DNA of 64,000 nucleotides from positions 640,001 through 704,000 of the forward strand of contig CAXXNO010000004.1 in assembly GCA_963663235.2 (NCBI GenBank), written 5' to 3'. The position numbers and the translations under genes are program-made. This document shows positions 1-12,865 of the stretch, piece after piece. The notes below the pieces were generated by a model, which was given only the letters and a program-made list of their open reading frames with translations, had not been told where the DNA came from and searched no databases. Source of the DNA: Dehalococcoidia bacterium (GTDB lineage: Bacteria > Chloroflexota > Dehalococcoidia > Bin125). Numbering within the stretch: position 1 is the first letter of the stretch; each line of letters starts with the position of its first letter.

Positions 1-2
1 AG

Positions 3-377
3 GTGATCGCGCCCGGCGCCATCGGCGAACTCGGCGTGCTGCCCAATCACGCTCCGCTGGTCACCTCGCTCAAGCCCGGTGAGCTGCGCGTCAAGAAGGA
101 GGGCCGCGAGGAGCCGTACTTCATCAGCGGGGGCTTCCTGGAGGTCCGCAGCGATGCCGTCACCGTGCTGGCCGACTCCGCCGAGCGCGGCGACGAAATC
201 GACCTCGAGCGCGCCGAAGCCGCCCGTACCCGCGCCATGGAGCTCTTGCGCGGCGAGATCGACGTCGACCGCGTGCGGGCGGAGGGGGCCCTGCAGCGCT
301 CCTTGCTGCGCCTCCGCGTGGCCGAGCGCCGCCGCCGCCGCACCGATCTCCGCGCCGGGGAGCCCCCCGCCCGCTGA
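3..377 (+). CDS. atpC: ATP synthase F1 epsilon subunit (5' end outside window)
   Basis: GELGVLPNHAPLVT and SGGFLEV..VTVLAD motifs followed by a C-terminal helical hairpin. Confidence 0.95.
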   Translation: MIAPGAIGELGVLPNHAPLVTSLKPGELRVKKEGREEPYFISGGFLEVRSDAVTVLADSAERGDEIDLERAEAARTRAMELLRGEIDVDRVRAEGALQRSLLRLRVAERRRRRTDLRAGEPPAR

Positions 378-452
378 GGCGGGGAACCTTGTCAGGGTCG
401 CCGACGCCTCTCTAGAGTGGCCGCGATTCCGTGGTGAGGGCGGCCCCGCTGG

Positions 453-1739
453 GTGCACGTGAACGACGCGATCTATCAGATCCAGGGTGGTTCTCGCCTG
501 CAGGGCGCGGTGCCCATCAGCGGCGCCAAGAACGCCGCCATGCCCTGCATGGCGGCCGCGCTGCTCACCCCCGAGCCCTGCACCATCCACAACGTCCCGC
601 TGATCGGCGATGTGCAACTCTTCAGCGATGTGCTGCGCAGCCTCGGTGTGGTCGTGCAGCACCAGGAAGCGGGACACCGAGTCCGCATCACTGCCGCCGG
701 CCCGCTGGCTGAGGCGCCGCCCGATCGCTTGGTGGCCCATCAGCGCGCATCGTTCCTGGTCATGGGACCGCTCCTCGCCCGTCTCGGACGCGCCGCCTGC
801 GCGGCGCCCGGCGGCGACCTCATCGGCCAGCGTCCCCTGGATGTCCATCTCCGGGGCTTCAGCGCCCTGGGCGCCGACGTGCGCGAGGAGGGGGCGGGGT
901 TCGTCGCCTCCGCCGCTCGGCTGCGCGGCGCCCGCGTCGTTTTGGACTATCCCAGCGTGCTGGGGACGGAGAATCTGCTCCTGGCCGCCGTGCTCGCCGA
1001 TGGCCACACCACCATCGTCAACGCCGCGGCTGAGCCGGAGGTGGTCTGCCTGGCCGCCATGCTCACCGCCATGGGAGGGCGCATCGAGGGCGCCGGCAGC
1101 CACACCATCGAGGTCGACGGTGTCTCCGCACTCCACGGCGCGGAGCATGCCCTGATCCCTGACCGCATCGAGGCCGGCACCTTCGCCATCGCTGCGGCCA
1201 TCACCGGCGGCGACGTGGAGTTGCACGGCGCCCAGCCCCGGCATATGGACGCGCTCCTCGCCAAACTGCGCGAAATCGGCGTGCAGGTGGAAGAGCGCGA
1301 TACCGGCATCCGCGTGCGCGCGGAGGGGACACTGGCGGCGACCACCATCCAGGCCGTGCCCTACCCCGGCCTCGCCACGGACCTGCAGGCGCTGATTGCC
1401 ACCCTGCTCACCCAGGCCGACGGCGCCAGCGTCGTCCACGAGCGGGTCTTCGAGTCGCGGCTCCAGTACGTGGGCGAGTTGCGCAAACTCGGCGCGCGCA
1501 TCGAGACGGCCGGCGCCACTGCCATCGTCCAGGGGCCCACGCCGTTGCACGGCGCCATCGTGCGCGGCCTCGATGTTCGCGCTGCCGCGGCCCTGGTGCT
1601 CGCCGGGCTGGCGGCCTCCGGCCGGACCACACTCCTCGATGTGTCGCACTTAGAGCGTGGCTATGAGTGCTTGGATGTGAAGCTGCGCGGATTGGGCGCA
1701 CAGATCGAGCGCCGCGTGGAACCCGGCCGCAAGGAATAG
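453..1739 (+). CDS. murA: UDP-N-acetylglucosamine 1-carboxyvinyltransferase
   Basis: [53 protein letters not shown] and HLERGYE motifs. Confidence 0.96.
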   Translation: MHVNDAIYQIQGGSRLQGAVPISGAKNAAMPCMAAALLTPEPCTIHNVPLIGDVQLFSDVLRSLGVVVQHQEAGHRVRITAAGPLAEAPPDRLVAHQRASFLVMGPLLARLGRAACAAPGGDLIGQRPLDVHLRGFSALGADVREEGAGFVASAARLRGARVVLDYPSVLGTENLLLAAVLADGHTTIVNAAAEPEVVCLAAMLTAMGGRIEGAGSHTIEVDGVSALHGAEHALIPDRIEAGTFAIAAAITGGDVELHGAQPRHMDALLAKLREIGVQVEERDTGIRVRAEGTLAATTIQAVPYPGLATDLQALIATLLTQADGASVVHERVFESRLQYVGELRKLGARIETAGATAIVQGPTPLHGAIVRGLDVRAAAALVLAGLAASGRTTLLDVSHLERGYECLDVKLRGLGAQIERRVEPGRKE

Positions 1740-1840
1740 CCTCTCGCTGTATCGCAGACGTTCCGCCGGATACACTGACGGCCGATCGGCCCTCTCTCCA
1801 ACGGCAGGCGCGCGCGCTCAACGGCGCTAAGGATGCGGGC

Positions 1841-2866
1841 GTGTTCGGGAAGAAAATCGGCATCGATCTGGGCACGGCGAACATCCTGGTCTCGGTCCGG
1901 GGCCAGGGGGTGGTGCTGAACGAGCCCGCCGTGGTCGCGCTCGCCCATCGAGATAACACCGTGGTGGCCGTCGGCGCCGACGCTCGCGCCATGATCGGCC
2001 GCAGCCCGGACAGCATCTCGGTCGTCCGGCCCATGCGCGACGGCGTCATCGCCGATTACGTGGTCACGGAGGCCATGTTGCGCTACTTCATCGGCAAGGT
2101 GACGGGCCGCCTCAATCTCCTCAAGCCGGAGGTCATGGTCTCCATCCCCGCCGGCGTCAATTCCGTCGAGCAGCGCGCCGTCCGCGACGCCGCCGAACAG
2201 GCCGGCGCGCGCCGCCCCACGCACTTGATTCCGGAGCCCTTGGCGGCCGCCATCGGCGCTGGCCTGCCGGTCTCCACGCCGCGCGGCAATTTCGTCGTCG
2301 ATATCGGCGGCGGCCGCGCCGAGGCGGCCCTGATCACGATGTACGGCATGGTCATGTGGGAGTCGGCCCGGATCGCCGGCGACCGCTTCGATGAGGCCAT
2401 CGTCTCCTACCTCAAGCGGCGCCACAACTTGATCGTCGGCGAACGCACAGCCGAGGACCTCAAGATCGCCATCGGCTCGGCGCTGCCCATTGAAGACACG
2501 CTCCGCACGCAGGTGCGCGGCCGGGATCATCTGACGGGCATGCCCCGCACCATCACCGTCACCTCCAACGAGATCGCCACCGCCCTCCAAGGGTCGCTCG
2601 CGGCCGTGATGCAGGTCATTAAGGCCGTGCTGGAGCAGACGCCGCCGGAACTCTCCGCGGACGTCATCGATCGCGGCATCGTCTTGACGGGGGGCGGCGC
2701 GCTCTTGCGCAACCTGCCCACCCTCATCACGGAGGAGACGGGCATCCCCTGTCATCTCGCTGATCATCCCGTCGAGTGCGTCGCCCAGGGCGCCAGCCTG
2801 GCGCTCGAATACCTCGACGTGATCGAGCGCAACCTCCCGAGCTTTGAGGGGTTGCTGGCGGGCTAG
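1841..2866 (+). CDS. mreB: Rod shape-determining actin-like protein MreB/Mbl
   Basis: [26 protein letters not shown] and LTGGGALL motifs; GTG start at 1841 after AAGGA. Confidence 0.94.
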   Translation: MFGKKIGIDLGTANILVSVRGQGVVLNEPAVVALAHRDNTVVAVGADARAMIGRSPDSISVVRPMRDGVIADYVVTEAMLRYFIGKVTGRLNLLKPEVMVSIPAGVNSVEQRAVRDAAEQAGARRPTHLIPEPLAAAIGAGLPVSTPRGNFVVDIGGGRAEAALITMYGMVMWESARIAGDRFDEAIVSYLKRRHNLIVGERTAEDLKIAIGSALPIEDTLRTQVRGRDHLTGMPRTITVTSNEIATALQGSLAAVMQVIKAVLEQTPPELSADVIDRGIVLTGGGALLRNLPTLITEETGIPCHLADHPVECVAQGASLALEYLDVIERNLPSFEGLLAG

Positions 2867-3528
2867 GCCGGCTGACGCGTGATGGGGCCCGCTTCGCCCG
2901 GCGGTCCGCCCTTGAGATGGTAGGTCATGCTCTCCAGCGCCAGGACCGGGTCCACCTGCCGCAGACGCACGCCGGCGGCCACCCGCGCGGCGATCGGCGC
3001 GTAGTTGAGAATCGCCCGGACGTCGTTGGCGACCAGTTCATCGATCACCGCCTGCGCCGCGCTGGCCGGCACCGCAACGATCCCGATATCCACCGGCGCG
3101 GCGCGCAGGCTCGGCCCCAGCCTCCCCACGTCCTCCACCACCAGCCCTTCCACAAAAACGCCCACCAGCTCGGACTTGGAGTCGAAGGCCTTGACCACGC
3201 GAAAGCCCTGCGGGGCGAAGCCCGCGTAGCCCAGGATCGCTTGCCCCAGCCGGCCCATGCCGATCAGCGCCATCCGCCATTGCCGGTCCAGACCCAGGAT
3301 GCTGCGGAGCTGGTCCAGGAGTTGAGCGATGTTGTAGCCGCGGCCCTGCTTGCCGAACCGGCCGAAGTAGGAAAGATCCTTCCGGATCTGCGCGGGCGTC
3401 ACGCCCAGCTCCTGCCCCAGCTCCTTGGAGCTCACCACCTCACGGCCGTCCTTCGCCAGCAGCGCCAGCGCGCGCACGTACACCGGCAGCCGGTCGATCA
3501 CCACCTCCGGGATCTCGGCGGGGACCAC
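2863..3528 (-). CDS. rex: Redox-sensing transcriptional repressor Rex
   Basis: [43 protein letters not shown] and ILNYAP motifs; AGGAG RBS before GTG 3528. Confidence 0.95.
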   Translation of the reverse strand: MVPAEIPEVVIDRLPVYVRALALLAKDGREVVSSKELGQELGVTPAQIRKDLSYFGRFGKQGRGYNIAQLLDQLRSILGLDRQWRMALIGMGRLGQAILGYAGFAPQGFRVVKAFDSKSELVGVFVEGLVVEDVGRLGPSLRAAPVDIGIVAVPASAAQAVIDELVANDVRAILNYAPIAARVAAGVRLRQVDPVLALESMTYHLKGGPPGEAGPITRQPA

Positions 3529-3644
3529 GGATCTGCTCCTCGGGATGTGCGTGCTCCAGTCCCGACCGCGGCCTACATTAGCGGGCCACCTGCTTGTGCG
3601 GAACCCGGCGCCTTGGGCCGCGGTGCCGGAACGGCCGCTCCCAC

Positions 3645-4287
3645 CTAGGCGGCGGACTGCCCCTCTTCCTGCACGATCTGGGCATCGACGACCGACCCGC
3701 TGAGCCGGTCCCATTCCAGTTCCACGCACCGGCCATCCGCCGTCCGCGCCGCCGCCAGCCAGCGACCCAAGATCCGCTCCAAGTCCTCCTTGTCCGCGTC
3801 GTGGTACGGGTCCTCAATGAGCCGTTCCAGGTCGGTCGGGCTGCACCGCGCCGCGCCCCGTGCCGGCCCGCTGTCCCAACTGGCCAGCGCGCCGCGCAGC
3901 TTCTGCATCTGCCCCGTCAGGTCGGCGGCGATGGCCTCGGCCTTGCTGGGCGTGCCGCCGTGGCTCTCCCGGGTCCGCATGTTGGCCAGGCGGTTCTCCA
4001 CAAGGATCAGGGCATAACGCAAGGCCTTGCCCTGGTGGTACCAGGTCTCCCGACGCGCGGCGCCCAACCGTGCTTTGATCGACTCCTCCAGCGCCTCAAG
4101 GGCGCCGGCGAGCGCCCCGCGGTCCTCCAGCGGAGCGTCCCGGGACAAGGATGGCGCACTCCTCGCCCAGCAAGCCGGGCAGCGCCTCGTCGATGGGCAG
4201 ATCGCGCAGCTCTTGACCCACCTCGCGCCAGCGCAGATAGCGCGCGTGCGCCAGTTGGAGTTCGCGGGATGCCTGGTGCAGGTCCAC
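3645..4287 (-). CDS. Hypothetical helical protein with an apparent 1-nt frameshift near 4140
   Basis: ORF 4096-4287 (MDLHQASRELQL...ILVP, GGAG RBS) joins the coding-like C-terminal part of ORF 3645-4331 (DAPLEDRGALAGALE...) if one base is removed at CCCGGG 4139-4144. Confidence 0.55.
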
Positions 4288-4422
4288 GTTCGCTCGGCTC
4301 CCTCGTCGCGCTCGCTTCCGTGATCAATCAATCATCGACGCACTGCCGTTGGGCGGAGAGGGTGCGCCTCGTCTGGCTCTCCCTCGGCGGGTGCATCCGT
4401 GATCGCCTGCGGCACGGTCAGG

Positions 4423-4431
4423 TGTTAAAAT
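4423..4431 (+). promoter_or_regulatory. Putative extended -10 promoter of gyrA
   Basis: TGTTAAAAT (TGn-TAAAAT) in a GC-rich intergenic region about 100 bp upstream of the gyrA start. Confidence 0.5.
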
Positions 4432-4532
4432 CGGGAGCAAGCCCCCCATCGCCCGCCAACCATGCGTCGGCTGGCCGCCTGATCGGCTAGGCTTTCGCGC
4501 TCGCTGGCTCGCTGAGGAGAGGACCGCTGTCC

Positions 4533-6983
<2,451 letters not shown>

Positions 6984-7070
6984 CCTCGCCCGCGCGCCCG
7001 GTGCGCTACCCTGGCCCTACCCTCGGGGACGCTCGATGAAACGTCCCCGGGCCGGCCGGAAGGACGTCAC

Positions 7071-7499
7071 GTGCAGCGCAGGACGGACTTGGGCGCGTAC
7101 GAGCGCCGCCAGCAGACGGAAGTCCGCATCGTGTGGGGCCGCACCGTCGCCGCCCCCGATCCCGGCTTTCGGCAGCTGGGCAGCCGCTACCACGAGCCCC
7201 CGGCCGATGTGATGGAGAGTTCCGACGCCGTCGTCGTCGTGGTGGACGTGGCCGGGCTGCCCCGGCAGAAGTTTCAGCTTGAGGTCCGCGGTAACATCCT
7301 GCGCATCTCCGGGGATCGCCCGTCCCTCGATCATCCACCGGGCTCTCAGTACCACCAACTGGAGATCTGGAGCGGCGCCTGGCAGTGCGACGTGGAGCTG
7401 CCCGCCCCCGTCGATGTCGATGGGCTGACCATCCGCTACGACCGCGGGCTCCTGCGCCTCGAGTTTCCCAAACCGGCTCGCCGTCCCAGCCGCGACTAG
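7071..7499 (+). CDS. Hsp20/alpha-crystallin family small heat shock protein
   Basis: PPADVME..VVVVDVAGL, LRISGDR and YDRGLLRLEFPK motifs; directly upstream of lon. Confidence 0.88.
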   Translation: MQRRTDLGAYERRQQTEVRIVWGRTVAAPDPGFRQLGSRYHEPPADVMESSDAVVVVVDVAGLPRQKFQLEVRGNILRISGDRPSLDHPPGSQYHQLEIWSGAWQCDVELPAPVDVDGLTIRYDRGLLRLEFPKPARRPSRD

Positions 7500-7512
7500 G
7501 GAGCGACGAAGC

Positions 7513-9990
7513 ATGGCCCCGGAAGGCAAGACCTTCGACATCGACCTGCCCGCCGCTGAGCAGGACGACGAGCGCGCCTCTGACCACGAGCACCCCATCG
7601 GGCCGCAAGCGCCGCCGGTCCCGGCCCACGAACACGAGATCCCGGAAGAGTTGCCGCTGCTGCTCACGGGCGAGGCCGTGATGTTCCCCGCGCTGGTGGT
7701 GCCCATCACCGTGCTGCCCGACAGCCCCGGCGCGCGCGCCTTGGACGCTGCCGCCGGCGCGCACGAAAAACTCATCGTGCTGGCGGCGCAGCAACACGGC
7801 GAGGACGAAGAGGCGAAGGCCGCGCCGCCGTACGGCGTCGGGGTGGTCTCGCGCATTGTGCGGCTGGCCAAGGCGCCCGGCGGCCCCATGCAAGCCGTCC
7901 TCCAGGGCGTCATCCGCGCACGCCTCGATGTCATCGGTTCCGGCGACCCCTACCCGCGGGCTGCGGTCTCCGCGCTCGAAGACGACCTCGGCGGCGCAAA
8001 CCTGGAGGCGCTCCAACGGGAAGTGCTGAACAGCTTCCGCGAGCTCGTTACCGGCAGCGAGCAGCTGCCCGATGAGCTGGCGGCTGCCGCGGCCAATATC
8101 GATTCGCCCGCTGAGTTCGGTGACTTCGTCGCCGCCAATTCGCCCACCAAGCCCGAGGATCGCCAGGAGATCCTCGAAACCTTGGATGTCGCCGAGCGCC
8201 TCCGCAAGGAGCTGACGCTGCTGCTGCGCGAGGTGGAAGTGGTGCGCGTCGGCGCCGAGATCCGGGAAGCCGTGCAGAAGGAGACGGAGAAGCGCCAGCG
8301 CGAATTCATCTTGCGGGAGCAGCTGAAGGCCATCCAGCGCGAGCTCGGCGAGGGCGCCGATGGCGAGGACCTGTCCGCTCTGCGCGAGCGGCTGGCCGCC
8401 GCCGACCTCCCCGATCCGATCCGCCGCGAGGCGGACCGCGAGCTCGATCGGCTGAGCACCATCAACGCCATCTCGCCCGAGTACCACACGACGCGCACCT
8501 ATCTCGAATGGATCGCGGATCTGCCCTGGCGCAAATCCTCCCAGGACCGGTTGGATATCGCCGCTGCGCGGACCGTCCTGGACCAGGATCACTTCGACCT
8601 GGACAAGGTCAAGGAACGCATCCTGGACTACCTCGCGGTGCGCAAGCTCCGCGCCGATACCCGTGGCCCCATCCTCTGCTTCGTCGGCCCGCCCGGCGTG
8701 GGCAAGACCTCGTTGGGGCAGAGCATCGCCCGGGCCTTGGGGCGGGAGTTCCTGCGCCTCTCACTCGGTGGCCTGCGCGACGAAGCCTCCATCCGCGGGT
8801 TCCGGCGCACGTATGTTGGCGCCTTGCCCGGCCGCATCTTGCAGGAGATCAAGCGGGCGGGCACCGACAACCCCGTCTTCATGCTCGATGAGGTGGACAA
8901 GATCGGGTCCGACTTCCGCGGCGATCCTGCCTCCGCGCTCCTGGAGGTCCTGGATCCGGCCCAGAATCACGCCTTCGTGGACCACTACCTCGACCTCCCC
9001 TTTGACCTCTCACGCGTGCTCTTTATCTGCACCGCCAACCAGACCGACACCATCCCGCCGCCCCTGCTCGACCGCATGGAACTGATCGAGATCCCCAGCT
9101 ACACGGCGCGGGAGAAGGTGGAGATCGCTCGGCGCTACCTAGTGCCCCGCCAGATCACCGAGAACGGGCTCCCGGACGGCGTTCTCACCATTCCCGACGA
9201 CACCCTCGCCGCCCTCATCGATGGCTACACCCGCGAGGCCGGGGTGCGACAGTTGGAGCGCCAGGTCGGCGCCCTGGCCCGCTGGGTGGCCCGGCGCGTC
9301 GCCGTCGGCGAGACTGACCCGGTCACCGTCACGCCCGATCAGTTGGAGCCCATCCTCGGCCCGCGCAAGTTCCGCGAAGACCTCGCCGAGGAACACGACG
9401 AAGTGGGCGTCGCCACCGGCCTGGCCGCCACCATCTTTGGCGGCGATGTCCTCTACGTCGAGGCGGCGATGCTGCCCGGCGCCGGCAAGCTCACGCTCAC
9501 CGGTCAGCTCGGCGAGGTGATGCGCGAGTCCGCCACCGCGGCGCTCACCTACGCCCGCGGCCGCAGCGACGCGTTGGGCCTCGCCGCCGGCTACTTCGAC
9601 AAACACGATCTCCACGTCCACGTGCCCGCCGGCGGGATCCCCAAGGAAGGCCCCTCCGCCGGGATCACCATGGCCACGGCCATCATTTCCGCTGCCACCG
9701 GCCGCAAGGTGCGCAAGCGCGTGGCCATGACCGGCGAGATCACGCTCCACGGGAGGGTGCTCCCGATCGGCGGCTTGAAGGAGAAGACGCTGGCCGCGCA
9801 TCGCCTCGGCATCCGCGAGATCATCGTGCCTAAGGCCAACGAGCCCGACTGGCAAGAGGTGCCGGAGGAAGTGCGCGACGAGATGAACCTGCACCTGGTC
9901 AAGAGCTTGGACCAGGTGCTGGAATGCGCCCTCCATGCGCGGAAGGAGGAGCCGGCGGCGCGAGTGGGCGTCCCGGCCGGCGGCCTCTAG
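7513..9990 (+). CDS. lon: ATP-dependent Lon protease
   Basis: Walker A GPPGVGKTS, LDEVDK, RRTYVGALPG, catalytic PKEGPSAG and IGGLKEK. Confidence 0.97.
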   Translation: MAPEGKTFDIDLPAAEQDDERASDHEHPIGPQAPPVPAHEHEIPEELPLLLTGEAVMFPALVVPITVLPDSPGARALDAAAGAHEKLIVLAAQQHGEDEEAKAAPPYGVGVVSRIVRLAKAPGGPMQAVLQGVIRARLDVIGSGDPYPRAAVSALEDDLGGANLEALQREVLNSFRELVTGSEQLPDELAAAAANIDSPAEFGDFVAANSPTKPEDRQEILETLDVAERLRKELTLLLREVEVVRVGAEIREAVQKETEKRQREFILREQLKAIQRELGEGADGEDLSALRERLAAADLPDPIRREADRELDRLSTINAISPEYHTTRTYLEWIADLPWRKSSQDRLDIAAARTVLDQDHFDLDKVKERILDYLAVRKLRADTRGPILCFVGPPGVGKTSLGQSIARALGREFLRLSLGGLRDEASIRGFRRTYVGALPGRILQEIKRAGTDNPVFMLDEVDKIGSDFRGDPASALLEVLDPAQNHAFVDHYLDLPFDLSRVLFICTANQTDTIPPPLLDRMELIEIPSYTAREKVEIARRYLVPRQITENGLPDGVLTIPDDTLAALIDGYTREAGVRQLERQVGALARWVARRVAVGETDPVTVTPDQLEPILGPRKFREDLAEEHDEVGVATGLAATIFGGDVLYVEAAMLPGAGKLTLTGQLGEVMRESATAALTYARGRSDALGLAAGYFDKHDLHVHVPAGGIPKEGPSAGITMATAIISAATGRKVRKRVAMTGEITLHGRVLPIGGLKEKTLAAHRLGIREIIVPKANEPDWQEVPEEVRDEMNLHLVKSLDQVLECALHARKEEPAARVGVPAGGL

Positions 9991-10994
9991 TAGCCGCGCG
10001 CCGGATCGACGACGCTCTCCAGCGGCTGCCCGGCGACGTAGCGGCGCAGGTTCTCGACGAACACCCCACCCGCCCCATCCATCCAGTTCGGGAAGTAGCC
10101 GCTGCTGTGCGGGGTGATGTACAGGTTCGGCGTCCCCCACAGCGGGTCGCCGTCCGGCAACGGCTCCGGGACCATGACGTCTGTGTAGGCGGCTGCCGGT
10201 GTGCCGCTTGCCAGCGCCGCGGTCAGCGCCTCCTGGTCCACCACCGCGCCGCGGGCGATGTTCACCAGCGCGCTTCCCGGCTTCATCGCACCGAGCTCGG
10301 CCGCGCCGAAGGATCCCCGCGTCTCCTCCGTCAGCGGCACGGCCAGCACCACGTAGTCCGCCTGCCTCAGCATCGCCGGCAGCTCGTCCGCCGGGTAGAG
10401 CGCGTCGCAGTGGGCGCCGCGGTCGCCGCGCCTCGCGCTCCGCCTGCTGCCGATGACCCGCGCCCCGAACGCCTGGCACAGCCGCGCCACCTCCCCGCCG
10501 ATCGCGCCCAGCCCCACCACGGCCACCGTCGCCCCGCGCAGGTTGGCTACCTCTTCCCGGCGGCTCCACGTTGCCTCCCGTTGTTGCTCCAGGAAGTACG
10601 GCATCCGTTTCGCGTGCATCAACAGGAACGTCAGCACCCATTCGGCCACCGGCGTCGCGTAGAGCGATCCGGCGTTGGTCACGGTGATGCCCTCCGGGAT
10701 CGGCTGGCGCAGCGCGTGGTCGGCTCCCGCCGAGGCCAGCTGGATCCATCGCAGCGGCCCGTGGTCGGGGATCCAGTCGTGATCGAAGCGCAGCGTGAGC
10801 CACGCCGCGGCTTCACCGACCGCTGAGCGGACCTCCTCCGCTCCCTCCTCGCCGCCGCCGCCGCGATTGCGAAACCGCCGACGCCCTTCGGCGCTGAGCA
10901 CGAGCAGCCGGATCCGATCGTCCACCTCGCGGATCGACGCCTGCGTGGCCTCGGATAGCGGGATCGCGCTGAGCACGTGGATCGGCTCGGTCAT
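9987..10994 (-). CDS. D-2-hydroxyacid dehydrogenase (NAD-binding)
   Basis: GLGAIG, VPLTEET, VNIARGAVVD, EPLP..PLW and ITPH motifs. Confidence 0.9.
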   Translation of the reverse strand: MTEPIHVLSAIPLSEATQASIREVDDRIRLLVLSAEGRRRFRNRGGGGEEGAEEVRSAVGEAAAWLTLRFDHDWIPDHGPLRWIQLASAGADHALRQPIPEGITVTNAGSLYATPVAEWVLTFLLMHAKRMPYFLEQQREATWSRREEVANLRGATVAVVGLGAIGGEVARLCQAFGARVIGSRRSARRGDRGAHCDALYPADELPAMLRQADYVVLAVPLTEETRGSFGAAELGAMKPGSALVNIARGAVVDQEALTAALASGTPAAAYTDVMVPEPLPDGDPLWGTPNLYITPHSSGYFPNWMDGAGGVFVENLRRYVAGQPLESVVDPARGY

Positions 10995-11088
10995 CGTCGC
11001 CTCGCGCTCTGTCCGGCGCCCGGCGATGATACCAGCGTCGCCGCGAACGACGGCTCCTAGCAGGGCTCCGACATATACTGCGGGCGGA

Positions 11089-11598
11089 ATGGCCGAATCG
11101 GCTGAGTGGTGCACCGCGACGCATTCGGCGGATGAGACCCGCGCCCTTGGCGAGCGCTTGGGCCGTCTCCTCTCGCCCGGCTCCGTGGTCCTGTTGTCCG
11201 GCGATCTCGGCGCGGGCAAGACGGTGCTGGCGCAGGGGATCGGCCGCGGCCTGGACACCCCGACGCCCGTGCGCAGCTCCAGCTTCGTCATCCTGTCGGA
11301 GCATCGCGGCGGCCGCCTGCCGCTGCTCCACGCCGACCTCTACCGCATCTCGGCGATGGAGGAGATCGACGAGTTGGCTTTAGAGGAAGAGGCCATGGGT
11401 GGCGTCCTGCTGGTTGAGTGGGCGGAGCGCTGGAGCGGCCACGGCCCGCCTGACCATCTCGCCGTCCGCTTCGACGCCGGTCCGGCCGAATGCGACCGCG
11501 CCATCACCTTTCGCGCCGCCGGTCCGGCGCACGCGGCGCTGCTCCAGCGGATTCGCGCGGGCGCGGCGGCGGAGGTGGCCGGGCGCGACGGTCGCTGA
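11089..11598 (+). CDS. tsaE: tRNA threonylcarbamoyladenosine biosynthesis ATPase TsaE
   Basis: LSGDLGAGKT, HADLYR and LVEWAE motifs; overlaps the tsaB start. Confidence 0.93.
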   Translation: MAESAEWCTATHSADETRALGERLGRLLSPGSVVLLSGDLGAGKTVLAQGIGRGLDTPTPVRSSSFVILSEHRGGRLPLLHADLYRISAMEEIDELALEEEAMGGVLLVEWAERWSGHGPPDHLAVRFDAGPAECDRAITFRAAGPAHAALLQRIRAGAAAEVAGRDGR

Positions 11599-12321
11599 TG
11601 GAACTCGCCATCGACACGGTCGGCCCGGCGTCCAGCGTTGCGGTCAGCGATCACGGGCGCCCGCTTGTGGAGATCGACTGGCCGACGGGCCGCCGCCACA
11701 CCCCTTCGCTTATCCCCACCATCGATCACGCCTGCCATCTGGCGAAGGTCGATCGTGCGGATCTGACCGCCGTCTTCGTCGACGTGGGCCCCGGCGCATA
11801 TGGGGGCATCCGCGCCGGGATGGCCGCTGCGATGGGCCTGGCCGTCGCTCTTGATCTCCAGGCCGTGGGCGTAGGCCGCCTGGAGATCGAGGCGTACGCT
11901 CACGCCGCAGGCGGCGGCGCGAGTCGCGGCGCTGCACGCGGCCGGCCGCGCGCAGTGGGCGCTGGCGCTGTACCGCGGTCCCACGGACGGCTGGGTGGAA
12001 CTGGCGCCCCCACGGCTGCTGTCTCGGCACGATCTGCTCGCCGAGCTCGGCGGCCTCGACCATCCCGGCGTGCTCACCGGCGAAGTCGACGCGCTCGGCG
12101 ACGACGACCGCCTCGCGCTGCGCACGGTCGGCTGGCGCATCGCCGGGGCGGCGGCGGGCATGCGACGCGCTGCCGTGCTGGCCGAGATCGGGTGGGCGCG
12201 GTTGAGCGCCGGCGGCGACTTCAGCCCCGCGCGCCTGGAGGCCTTGTACCTGCGGGAGCCGGCCATCGGCCCGCAACCCCCGGTCCCTCAGGAGCAGGTC
12301 TCTCAGAAGGAGGAGCGATGA
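11598..12321 (+). CDS. tsaB: TsaB (t6A37 biosynthesis), interrupted by a +1 frameshift near 11910-11920
   Basis: N-half MELAIDT...GPGAYGGIRAG; C-half in the next frame (VAALHAAGRAQW...LEALYLREP) ends at 12321. Confidence 0.85.
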
Positions 12322-12773
12322 GCGTGCAACGGAGCTTGATCCTGGTGAAGCCCGACGCGGTGCAGCGCGGGCTGGTCGGAACCCTGCTGGGCCGGCTGGA
12401 GGCCCGTGGCCTGAAACTGATCGGCCTCAAACTCATGCGCGTCGATGAGGCGCTCGCCCGCAAGCACTACGCCGAGCACGTCGAGAAGCCGTTCTTCCCT
12501 GGGCTGCTCGCCTTCATCACCGGTAGCCCGGTCGTCGCCGCTGTCGTGGAGGGGCCCAACGCCGTCGACGCCGTCCGCGCCACGATGGGCGCTACCGACC
12601 CCATCGCCGCGGCGCCCGGGACGATCCGCGGCGACTTCTCCCTGGAGATTGGGCGCAACTTGGTCCACGGGTCCGATTCGCCGGAGGCGGGCGAGCGCGA
12701 GGTGGCGCTCTTCTTCTCCCCGGCGGAGCTGCTTCCGTGGGAGCGTGACACCGACCGCTGGATCATCGAGTAG
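12318..12773 (+). CDS. ndk: Nucleoside diphosphate kinase
   Basis: LILVKPDAVQRGL, PGTIRGDF and NLVHGSDS motifs; AGGAGGAG RBS. Confidence 0.97.
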   Translation: MSVQRSLILVKPDAVQRGLVGTLLGRLEARGLKLIGLKLMRVDEALARKHYAEHVEKPFFPGLLAFITGSPVVAAVVEGPNAVDAVRATMGATDPIAAAPGTIRGDFSLEIGRNLVHGSDSPEAGEREVALFFSPAELLPWERDTDRWIIE

Positions 12774-12783
12774 CCCGCCCCCC

Positions 12784-12853
12784 CCTACAAGCCCCCCCAC
12801 CTACAACCCCAACGCCTACAAGCCCCCCACCTACAATCCCAGTGCCTACAATC
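12784..12853. repeat. Tandem ~15-bp repeat (CCTACAA core, 5 copies)
   Basis: cctacaagccccccca / cctacaaccccaacg / cctacaagcccccca / cctacaatcccagtg / cctacaatc between the converging ndk and rsfS genes. Confidence 0.85.
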
Positions 12854-12865
12854 AGTGGGAGCGCG

